Shown piece by piece: positions 18,817 through 27,312 of a DNA stretch of 36,589 nt (its first letter is position 1; each line of letters begins with the position of its first letter). The position numbers and the translations under genes are program-made. The stretch covers positions 1-36,589 of the forward strand of contig JAKALV010000001.1 of assembly GCA_021824055.1 (NCBI GenBank). Reading direction: 5' to 3'. A model generated the notes under the pieces. The model did not search any database, was not told the origin of the DNA, and saw nothing but the letters and a program-made list of their open reading frames with translations. This DNA comes from Acidobacteriota bacterium (GTDB taxonomy: Bacteria > Acidobacteriota > Vicinamibacteria > Vicinamibacterales > SCN-69-37).

Positions 18817-19737
18817 TTACTTCAACACAGACGCTGTCACTTCAATCGATACCGACCGCGAGCCCTTGGTGGGATCGGCTGCCTGCGTGATGACCGTCGG
18901 CACGCCGTCTTTCAAGAACAGCGAGACTGACTGAGTCACGCCCGTCATCTTCGTCGCTTCTTCCGTCCATTCCGGTTGGTAGCTGATCGTGAGGTTCGTG
19001 CTGATGACGCCGCTCCTGAACAGCGTGGCGCCGGCATCGACGTTCAGTTCGCTGCTGCGACTTCGATAACTTCCCGTAGTCGCCGTTCCACCAGCGACCA
19101 CGATGTCCTTGGCCAACGTGTCGCCCACGGAACGCACGCGGCCGTTGCCCCTGTTGGCCATGATAAGGCTTACAGTCTTGATTTGCGTTCCACCGCTGCC
19201 GCTGTCGGTGATCTTGATCGTCAGCTTGATGTTCACGTCGCTCTGGTCGATGCGCGGATCGATCGGCGGGCGAGCAGTTGGCGCTTCGGTGGCCTGCGGC
19301 GTCGGAGAGATCGGAGAAACGGCTCGCGGCGCGCCATTCTGCGGCGTGAAGTTCACGGTGACGGTCATGATGACCGGGACCGGCACGCCGTTGAGTGTCG
19401 TCGGCGTGTACTTCCACTGCCTGACCGCGTCGAGCGCCGCCTGGTCGAGCAGGGCGATCGAGCGAATGACGTGCGCTTCGGTCACCGAGCCGTCCGTGCC
19501 GATCGTCGCTTCGATGATCACGGTGCCCGATACACGCGCTTCCAAGGCGGCGGCAGGATACGCGGGGGCGACGTATTTCAGACGCTCCGGCGCTTTCACT
19601 TGGCCTCCGATCCTGAGCGGTCCAGTCTGCGTCAGCTTCTGCTCGTGCTGAGTGGCCGGCGGCGTGCCGCTCTGGCCAGCGATGGATGGGGCTGCGACGA
19701 GCAGACTGACGATGAAGAGAGACGTGATCTGACGCAT
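18817..19737 (-). CDS. Secreted TonB C-terminal-domain protein fused to an unknown beta-rich C-terminal domain
   Basis: 306 aa with a strong SD AAGGAG upstream of ATG 19737. Cleavable-looking signal MRQITSLFIVSLLVAAPSIAGQ. TonB_C signature YVAPAYPAAALEARVSGTVIIEATIGTDGSVTEAHVIRSIALLDQAALDAVRQWKYTP. A Pro-rich linker follows, then a roughly 145-aa domain with alternating beta-strand patterning. Confidence 0.8.
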   Translation of the reverse strand: MRQITSLFIVSLLVAAPSIAGQSGTPPATQHEQKLTQTGPLRIGGQVKAPERLKYVAPAYPAAALEARVSGTVIIEATIGTDGSVTEAHVIRSIALLDQAALDAVRQWKYTPTTLNGVPVPVIMTVTVNFTPQNGAPRAVSPISPTPQATEAPTARPPIDPRIDQSDVNIKLTIKITDSGSGGTQIKTVSLIMANRGNGRVRSVGDTLAKDIVVAGGTATTGSYRSRSSELNVDAGATLFRSGVISTNLTISYQPEWTEEATKMTGVTQSVSLFLKDGVPTVITQAADPTKGSRSVSIEVTASVLK

Positions 19738-19760
19738 AACGCTCCTTGTTGTGAAAATCG

Positions 19761-20306
19761 CTATCGAGATCCGGCACCGTCGGCCGGAAGAGGTGGCACG
19801 ACCAGCGGCGCGATGTCGATGGGTTCGATATTCAGTGACGACTGGTCGATCCGATCGATCTCCAGGGCATCAGGTGCGTGCAGCCGCGGTACGGCTCGTG
19901 CCTCCCAGCCGATTTCACCGGCCGAGGATGCCAGGACCGTCGCGCGACCGGGAACCCCAATGATCGTGACCACTGTGACGTGCGACGGCGGCGCCACCCA
20001 GAACGTGGGCGTGGTCTCGGCGCTCGCGCCGACAGCGATGGACGCCGATGTTGTCGGCGCCGGCGTCGCCTCTGGCGGCTTGCACGGGACTGCGGTCGTC
20101 AGCGCCGCGGCGCCGATCGCGCCGCCTGCGATCGCGAGCCGCCAGCCCCAGCGACGTCGCCGCGCCCGATTGTCCAATCGAGTGATGTGCGTCATGACGC
20201 GCGCGCGCAGGTTCCCGGACGGCGCCGCGGACGTCATGCGTCGCGCCGCGGTGTTGATCGCGGCGCTGATGTCGTCGGCAAAGAACGGCGCGCGTGTCAT
20301 GGCCAT
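19761..20306 (-). CDS. Putative anti-sigma factor (single TM), partner of the upstream ECF sigma
   Basis: 181 aa. The start lies 3 nt after the sigma stop. Short cytoplasmic N-terminus, TM WRLAIAGGAIGAAALTTAV, and a Pro/Ala/Thr-rich periplasmic part. The call rests mainly on position and topology. Confidence 0.62.
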   Translation of the reverse strand: MAMTRAPFFADDISAAINTAARRMTSAAPSGNLRARVMTHITRLDNRARRRRWGWRLAIAGGAIGAAALTTAVPCKPPEATPAPTTSASIAVGASAETTPTFWVAPPSHVTVVTIIGVPGRATVLASSAGEIGWEARAVPRLHAPDALEIDRIDQSSLNIEPIDIAPLVVPPLPADGAGSR

Positions 20307-20309
20307 GTC

Positions 20310-20966
20310 CTATCGCTCCAGCCGCGCGTTCAGTTGCTTGCGGGCTTCGGTTACGCGCCACTTCACGGTGCCGATGGGAATGCCGAGCAGCACGGCGATC
20401 TCGTCATACCGATGCTCACCGGTGACCGCGAGCAGCAGGGCATCCCGCAGCTTCGGAGACAACCGCGCGATCTCGCCGCGTGCGCGGTCGGCCAGATCGC
20501 GCGCCAGTGTGATGTGCTCCGGCGATGGCTCGGCGCCGGCAAAGTCCTCGAGCGGAGCCGGTTGGTCCCAGCCCGCACCCTGCCGCGACCACCACAGTCG
20601 CCGCGTCCGCCGGCGATCGAGCGCCTTGCGCCAGGTAATGGTGAGCAGCCACGTCTTGAACGTGGAATCCCCGCGGAATCCGCTCAGCTTGCGCCAGGCC
20701 ATGACAAACGCATCCTGGGCGGCATCCTCCGCGTCTTCGCGGGAGCCAAGCGCGGCCACCGCGGTTCGGACGACGATGCGTTCGTGGATCGAGACCAGGG
20801 CGCCGAACGCTTCCCGGTCACCCTCGCGAGCGGCGGCAACCAGGGCGCGCACTTCGGGGCTGTCGCCGGCAGTTGCCAAGGCCGCGGTGCCATCTGGCAG
20901 CTCGGTGGCTTGCATGAAGACTGAAAGGACCTGCGCCAGGTCGTGGGTCACGTTGGAAGTAGACAT
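20310..20966 (-). CDS. ECF-type RNA polymerase sigma-70 family factor
   Basis: 218 aa. Region 2 motifs REAFGALVSIHERIVVRTAVAALGSREDAEDAAQDAFVMAW and FKTWLLTITWRKALDRRR. Region 4 motif YDEIAVLLGIPIGTVKWRVTEARKQL. Confidence 0.9.
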   Translation of the reverse strand: MSTSNVTHDLAQVLSVFMQATELPDGTAALATAGDSPEVRALVAAAREGDREAFGALVSIHERIVVRTAVAALGSREDAEDAAQDAFVMAWRKLSGFRGDSTFKTWLLTITWRKALDRRRTRRLWWSRQGAGWDQPAPLEDFAGAEPSPEHITLARDLADRARGEIARLSPKLRDALLLAVTGEHRYDEIAVLLGIPIGTVKWRVTEARKQLNARLER

Positions 20967-21012
20967 TCACCCCAGCCCGTTGGTTGGGTTATTGAGAGGA
21001 TAAGCTTTAGAA

Positions 21013-23277
21013 ATGTTGGAAGTGGAACAGATTCCGTTATTGATGCGCGAGCGGGTGGACCATCCCGCGACGGTGAAGGAACTCCTGCAATTGCTGCGGG
21101 TGCCCCGGGAGGCGCGCGCCACCTTCAAGCGGCAGCTCAAGCAGCTGGTCGCGGCGGGTGAGCTGGTCGAGATTCGCGGGCAGCGCTACGGCCTGCCGGA
21201 TCTGATGAACCTCATTGTGGGCCGGGTGTCGACCAATCCGCGGGGGTTTGCGTTCGTGGACCTGGAGGATCCCGAGCCGGATGCTCCGAAGAGCATCTTC
21301 ATCGCCGGCGGCAACCTGAATCAGGCGATGCACGGCGACCGCGTCGTGGTTCGTGTTGAGCGCGAAGGCGCGCGGCCGGAAGGCCGCATCGTCCGCGTGC
21401 TCGAGCGGGCGTCGCAGATCATCGTCGGGCGGTACGATGTTGATGCGTCCGGCGTGGGATATGTGGTGCCGTTCGACCGGCGTCTGATCATGGACGTGCA
21501 GGTGGCGCTGGCCGACGCGAGAAGCGCCGCGCCCGGCGAGATGGTGACGGTGGAGATCACGCGCTTTCCAACGTCGGCGCGGCCGGCGGCGGGACGCGTC
21601 ATGGAGGTGCTGGGGCCGATTGACGCGCCCGGGGTCGACACGGCGGTGATCATCCGCAAGTACAACATCCCGGACGAGCACGGCGACGAGGCGATTGCCG
21701 AGGCCAAGCGTCTGGGCACCCTCGTGCGCGAGAAGGATCTCGCCGGCCGCACGGACTTCCGCGCGGTCACGACCGTCACGATCGACGGCGAACACGCGCG
21801 CGACTTCGATGACGCGATCACGATCGAAAAGATGCCGAGCGGCAACTTCTGGCTCGGGGTGCACATCGCGGACGTGTCGCACTACGTGCGAGAGGGCAGC
21901 GCGCTCGATCGCGAAGCTTACGATCGCAGCACGTCGGTGTACTTTCCGGAGCGCGCCGTTCATATGTTCCCGTCGGAGCTCTCGACGGGGCTCTGTTCGC
22001 TCAACCCGCATGTCGACCGCCTCGTGCAGTCGTGCCTGATGGAAGTGGACCGGCGCAGCGGCAACGTGCTCCGGTACGAAATGCACGATGGCGTCATCAA
22101 CAGCGACTCGCGGATGACCTACACGGAAGTCAACGCCATCCTGACCGACCACGACCCGGCCACCATCGCGCGCTACAAGCCGCTCGTGCCGATGTTCGAG
22201 ACGATGCACGAGCTCTTCGCCATTCTCAACGGCCGCCGCCGCCGCCGTGGCTCGATCGACTTCGACCTCAAGGAATCGCAGATCGTGCTCGACGATGAGG
22301 GGCAGGTGGAAGCGATCGTGGCGTCCGAGCGGAACGTGGCCCATCGCCTGATCGAGGAATTCATGCTGCTCGCCAACGAGACCGTGGCGCGGCATCTCGA
22401 GACGAAGGCCGTGCCCACGCTGTACCGCATTCACGAAGAGCCGGACCCGATGAAGGTCGAGGAGTTTGAAGAGTTTATCGGCTCGCTGGGATACACGCTT
22501 GGCTCCGGACCCGACTCCATCGAGCCGCGGCACTTTCAGCGGCTGGTGGAAAAGATGCACGGCAAGCCGGAAGAGAAGCCCATCGCGTTCCTCATGCTGC
22601 GCACGATGCAGCGCGCGCGGTACGACGAACGCAATCTCGGCCACTTCGGCCTGGCCGCCGAGTTCTACACGCACTTCACGTCGCCGATCCGCCGCTACCC
22701 GGACCTGGTGGTGCATCGCTCCTTGCGGGAGGGGCGGATGGGGATGACCGGCGACCGGAAGGCCGAGCTGATCGAGGATCTGCCCGGTGTCGCCAAGCAC
22801 ACGTCCGAGCGCGAACGCCGGGCCGCCGACGCCGAGCGAGAGCTGGTGCAGTGGAAGAAGGTCCGCTTCATGGCCGACAAGGTGGGTGACGAGTTCGAGG
22901 GCTACGTCACCGGCGTCAGCGCGTTCGGCCTGTTCATCGAGCTCATCGAGCACTTTGTGGAGGGCATGGTGCACGTCTCGACCATGGCCGACGACTACTA
23001 CCGGTTCGTGGAGAAGGCGCATCTACTGCGCGGCGAACGCAACGGCCGGGTCTACCGGCTAGGCGACAAGGTGCGGGTGCAGGTGATCCGTGTCGACATG
23101 GAGCGCCGGCAGATCGATCTGGGATTGGCGGAGATTCTGGACGCCGTGCGCGCGTCGGAGCGCAATCGAGGTTCGCGCCGCAGTTCGGTCAAGATCAAAA
23201 AAGAAGGGCGCCGCAGCAAGCAGCGCCCCGGGCAACGCGAACGTGCGTTTCAGAAAGCAACGAGAGGCCGAAAGTAA
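21013..23277 (+). CDS. rnr: Ribonuclease R
   Basis: 754 aa. N-terminal winged-helix/cold-shock region. RNB catalytic motifs TIDGEHARDFDDAI and RYPDLVVHR. S1 domain (FEGYVTGVSAFGLFIEL) and a basic Lys/Arg tail. Confidence 0.95.
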   Translation: MLEVEQIPLLMRERVDHPATVKELLQLLRVPREARATFKRQLKQLVAAGELVEIRGQRYGLPDLMNLIVGRVSTNPRGFAFVDLEDPEPDAPKSIFIAGGNLNQAMHGDRVVVRVEREGARPEGRIVRVLERASQIIVGRYDVDASGVGYVVPFDRRLIMDVQVALADARSAAPGEMVTVEITRFPTSARPAAGRVMEVLGPIDAPGVDTAVIIRKYNIPDEHGDEAIAEAKRLGTLVREKDLAGRTDFRAVTTVTIDGEHARDFDDAITIEKMPSGNFWLGVHIADVSHYVREGSALDREAYDRSTSVYFPERAVHMFPSELSTGLCSLNPHVDRLVQSCLMEVDRRSGNVLRYEMHDGVINSDSRMTYTEVNAILTDHDPATIARYKPLVPMFETMHELFAILNGRRRRRGSIDFDLKESQIVLDDEGQVEAIVASERNVAHRLIEEFMLLANETVARHLETKAVPTLYRIHEEPDPMKVEEFEEFIGSLGYTLGSGPDSIEPRHFQRLVEKMHGKPEEKPIAFLMLRTMQRARYDERNLGHFGLAAEFYTHFTSPIRRYPDLVVHRSLREGRMGMTGDRKAELIEDLPGVAKHTSERERRAADAERELVQWKKVRFMADKVGDEFEGYVTGVSAFGLFIELIEHFVEGMVHVSTMADDYYRFVEKAHLLRGERNGRVYRLGDKVRVQVIRVDMERRQIDLGLAEILDAVRASERNRGSRRSSVKIKKEGRRSKQRPGQRERAFQKATRGRK

Positions 23278-23308
23278 CCGGCGGACGCCGGGGCGGTGGT
23301 GGCCGTCC

Positions 23309-23467
23309 CTACTTCTTGGTGTCCGTCTCGTCCTCGCGGGTGGCTTCCTTGAAATTCTTGATGCTCTTGCCGATGCCCGTCGCCAGACTGGGCAGCCGGT
23401 TCGCGCCAAACAGGAACACGATGATGATCAGAATGATGATGAGTTCAGGAACGCCAAGTCCAAGCAT
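23309..23467 (-). CDS. tatA: Twin-arginine translocase subunit TatA/E
   Basis: Only the last 52 aa of track ORF 23309..23884 are credible: [52 protein letters not shown]. This shows the canonical TatA TM plus amphipathic helix with an FG hinge. SD GGGAG lies upstream of ATG 23467. Confidence 0.9.
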   Translation of the reverse strand: MLGLGVPELIIILIIIVFLFGANRLPSLATGIGKSIKNFKEATREDETDTKK

Positions 23468-23502
23468 ATGAGTACTCCCGCCGGGCTTCCCGGCTGATCC
23501 GC

Positions 23503-23511
23503 ATTGTAGCA
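23503..23511 (-). promoter_or_regulatory. Extended -10 promoter candidate for tatA
   Basis: The minus strand reads TGCTACAAT (TGn + TACAAT) 36 nt upstream of the tatA ATG. No good -35 is found at 17 nt. Confidence 0.3.
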
Positions 23512-23657
23512 CCGCGGTTTGTCCTCCTTTGTTAACGCCGGCTAATCCGCCGCCCCCTCCGGAGGCCAACTGCGCCCGACGGTCGTCCAAGGAAACGACG
23601 CCCCCCATTGGGCACAGCCCTTGCACCCGTGGAAGTAGACCAAGGCTGGAGAGGTCT

Positions 23658-24554
23658 ATGGGTATACTGACCGGAGATTCCTTCGTCCACACGCCGATGC
23701 CCGAGATGTCGCCAACCGTTCCGCCGCCTGCCCATGCCGCCACCGGTGGCGCGGGTGCGTTCGCGACGCGGTGGACGGGCACGAAGTCGATCTTCGATCC
23801 ACCGGAGCCGGTGGATTGGTGGCGCACGGTCAAGGCGCAAGTCACCTCACTGGCGGTCCACGCGCTGGTGGTCTTCGTGCTCATCTACGGCGCCATTCGC
23901 GCCTCCCAGATCGTCCAGAAGGCGGCCGACGACAAGTTGAAGTTTGATGTGATCTACCTCGCCAACAACCCGGGACCGGGAGGTGGTGGCGGCGGGAGTC
24001 CCAAGCCGGCGCCGCCGAAGAAGGTGGAGCTGCCCAAGCCCACTCCTCAGAAGATGGTGGTGACGCCTGCGCCAACCGTTCCGCCGCCGCCGTCGCTGAA
24101 CGCTCCGGTGATGACGGTTCCGAACGCGCTGCTTTCGTCGTCGGGCGTGTCGATCGGCGCGATTGACGTTCCCCAGGGTGGAGGCGGCAAGGGCACCGGC
24201 ATGGGAACGGGCGAGGGCAGCGGGCTCGGGCCCGGCACCGGCGGTGGTTTCGGTGGCGGCGCGTATCGACCCGGCAATGGGGTCGAGAGCCCGATCCGCA
24301 TCCGCGAAGTGAAGCCTCAGTACACGCCCGAAGCCATGCGCGCGAAGATCCAGGGGACGGTGGAACTCGAGGCCGTCATCGGCACCGACGGCCGGGTGGC
24401 CGACGTGCGGGTGATCCGATCGCTCGACAAGGTGTTCGGCCTGGATGAACAGGCCCGCAAGGCCGTCTCGGCCACGCCCTTCATCCCCTGCAAGAAGCAA
24501 GGGCAGCCCGTGCCGTGTGTCGTCGTGTTCGAGCTGCAGTTCACGCTGAGATAG
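23658..24554 (+). CDS. tonB: Energy transducer TonB family protein
   Basis: I trimmed to ATG 23658, which has SD GGAGAGG upstream. [18 protein letters not shown]. Pro/Gly-rich rod [28 protein letters not shown]. TonB_C motif [40 protein letters not shown]. Confidence 0.85.
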   Translation: MGILTGDSFVHTPMPEMSPTVPPPAHAATGGAGAFATRWTGTKSIFDPPEPVDWWRTVKAQVTSLAVHALVVFVLIYGAIRASQIVQKAADDKLKFDVIYLANNPGPGGGGGGSPKPAPPKKVELPKPTPQKMVVTPAPTVPPPPSLNAPVMTVPNALLSSSGVSIGAIDVPQGGGGKGTGMGTGEGSGLGPGTGGGFGGGAYRPGNGVESPIRIREVKPQYTPEAMRAKIQGTVELEAVIGTDGRVADVRVIRSLDKVFGLDEQARKAVSATPFIPCKKQGQPVPCVVVFELQFTLR

Positions 24555-24582
24555 GCGTTCGGGAATTCACGCGCTGAAATTG

Positions 24583-24618
24583 AAAAGGCCCGGATGGCAA
24601 TGCCATCCGGGCCTTTCT
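24583..24618. terminator. Bidirectional intrinsic terminator shared by convergent tonB and groEL
   Basis: AAAA-GGCCCGGATGG-caatg-CCATCCGGGCC-TTTCT. The stem is an 11-bp GC-rich perfect pairing (24587..24597 with 24603..24613). An A-tract on one side and a T-tract on the other supply a U-tract in both directions. Confidence 0.85.
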
Positions 24619-24631
24619 GACTTCTGGCTTT

Positions 24632-26568
<1,937 letters not shown>

Positions 26569-26614
26569 GGGTTCCCTCTTAGTGAGTAATCCTGGCACTC
26601 GGCCCCACAGCTCG

Positions 26615-26641
26615 CTAGCAGTCTCGTGGGACGACTGCTAA
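26615..26641 (-). promoter_or_regulatory. CIRCE (HrcA operator) variant in the groES leader
   Basis: The sense strand reads TTAGCAGTC-N9-GACTGCTAG against the consensus TTAGCACTC-N9-GAGTGCTAA. Arms are a perfect 8-bp inverted repeat (26616..26623 / 26633..26640) with an exact 9-nt spacer. The element abuts the -10. Confidence 0.75.
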
Positions 26642-26669
26642 ATATACCAAGAGCTGGGACAATCGGCAA
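26641..26669 (-). promoter_or_regulatory. Sigma-70-type groESL promoter candidate
   Basis: The minus strand reads TTGCCG (26669..26664), a 17-nt spacer, then TATATT (26646..26641). The CIRCE starts at the -10 edge, as in classical HrcA-controlled promoters. The -35 is itself part of the repeat array (AATCGGCAATCGGGG). Confidence 0.5.
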
Positions 26670-26845
26670 TCGGGGAATCTACAAGCGGCAATCGCTCATC
26701 GGCAATTGCCAATCTGGAATCGCGGATCGGAGAATCGAGGAATCGGGGAATCGGGGGATCGGGGGATCGGGGAATCGGGGAATCGGGGGATCGGGGAATC
26801 GGGGGATCGAGGGATCGGAGAATCGAGGGACCGGAGAATCGGCCG
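26661..26845. repeat. Left arm: tandem array of ATCGGGGR-type octamers (G-runs on + strand)
   Basis: The T of the ATCG core falls at 26727, 26735, ... 26839. That is 15 units in exact 8-bp register, with one degenerate unit (ACCG at 26830). Degenerate units with mostly 7-8-bp spacing (one 14-bp gap) extend back to 26661. One straggler CGATCGGG lies at 26851. The palindrome GGCAATTGCC is at 26701..26710. Confidence 0.95.
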
Positions 26846-26950
26846 GTTGGCGATCGGGAGGGCGTTCGAACTGCAGTGGATTCCCAGCCGGGGCCGCTCG
26901 ATGCGGCAATTCTTGCGACGTCGCCTATGCCGCCCGATAGCAGGTCTTGC

Positions 26951-27055
26951 GATTCCCCGATTCCCCGATTCCCCGATTGCCCGATTCCCCGATTGCCGAT
27001 CAGTCGATTCCCGATTCCCGATCGGCGATTGCCGATTCCCGATTCGGCAATTGCC
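26951..27055. repeat. Right arm: tandem array of GATTCCCC/GATTGCC units, reverse complement of the left arm (G-runs on - strand)
   Basis: GAT starts at 26951, 26959, 26967, 26975, 26983 and 26991 (8-bp spacing). Further starts at 26998, 27006, 27013, 27020, 27027, 27034 and 27041 have 7-8-bp spacing. That makes 13 units. The arm ends in the same palindrome GGCAATTGCC (27046..27055), 18 nt from the stop codon of the HTH gene. Confidence 0.95.
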
Positions 27056-27073
27056 CATGCCCGCCCGAAGCCG

Positions 27074-27286
27074 CTAGCCGGCTTTGCGGATTTTGTAGGA
27101 CGCCATCTTGCGGCTGAGGGTATTTCTGTGGAGCCCCGTGATCTTGGCCGCCTTGCAGACGTTGAAGTTGCTCTTGGCCAGCGCCCGCGCGATGAACATC
27201 CGTTCGAACTCACGCTGGGCATCGTCGAACAGGATGCCGCGTTCGATCATCGACTGAATCAGGCGTTCGAGGTCTTCTCGCATCAT
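27074..27286 (-). CDS. Small Fis-type helix-turn-helix DNA-binding protein (70 aa)
   Basis: Track ORF 27074..27424 overlaps purC, so I trimmed it to ATGATG at 27286/27283. The product is MMREDLERLIQSMIERGILFDDAQREFERMFIARALAKSNFNVCKAAKITGLHRNTLSRKMASYKIRKAG. The last roughly 40 aa match the Fis/NtrC C-terminal HTH pattern (A..LGI.R.TL.RK...). The gap after the purC stop is 26 nt. Confidence 0.72.
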   Translation of the reverse strand: MMREDLERLIQSMIERGILFDDAQREFERMFIARALAKSNFNVCKAAKITGLHRNTLSRKMASYKIRKAG

Positions 27287-27312
27287 GGAAGGCTGCCTGG
27301 CGGCTGGCGCCG

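Noticed and set aside
23278-23308. GC-rich CCGGCGgaCGCCGG hairpin between convergent rnr and tatA as a terminator
   Set aside because: The stem is about 5 bp with a 4-nt loop and no flanking U-tracts in either direction. It is not convincing as an intrinsic terminator.
26592-26619. CTGGCACTC-N9-GCTCGCTAG as the CIRCE element, or TGGCAC as a sigma-54 -24 box
   Set aside because: Only 5 of 9 positions are self-complementary, and there is no TTGC -12 element at the correct spacing. The adjacent 26615..26641 element is a far better CIRCE match. The GAGTGC half may be a relic.
26661-27057. CRISPR array or IS/MITE terminal inverted repeats as an explanation for the repeats
   Set aside because: The units are 7-8 bp and directly abutting, with no spacers, so they are far below CRISPR repeat size. 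There are no cas genes, no transposase, and no flanking direct duplication that I can see. A MITE-like origin cannot be fully excluded without genome-wide copies.
26626-27222. Five overlapping ORFs through the repeat arrays (26626..26940 +, 26706..27077 +, 26638..27222 -, 26696..27058 -, 26679..26909 -) encoding GNRGIGES / PIPRFPDS-type 8-aa repeats
   Set aside because: The 8-bp DNA period produces the same 8-aa repeat in every frame. The unit simply lacks stop codons on both strands. No frame is distinguished and no SD or start context is present, and the ORFs overlap the HTH gene or the groES promoter. This is a nucleotide-level repeat, not a repeat protein.
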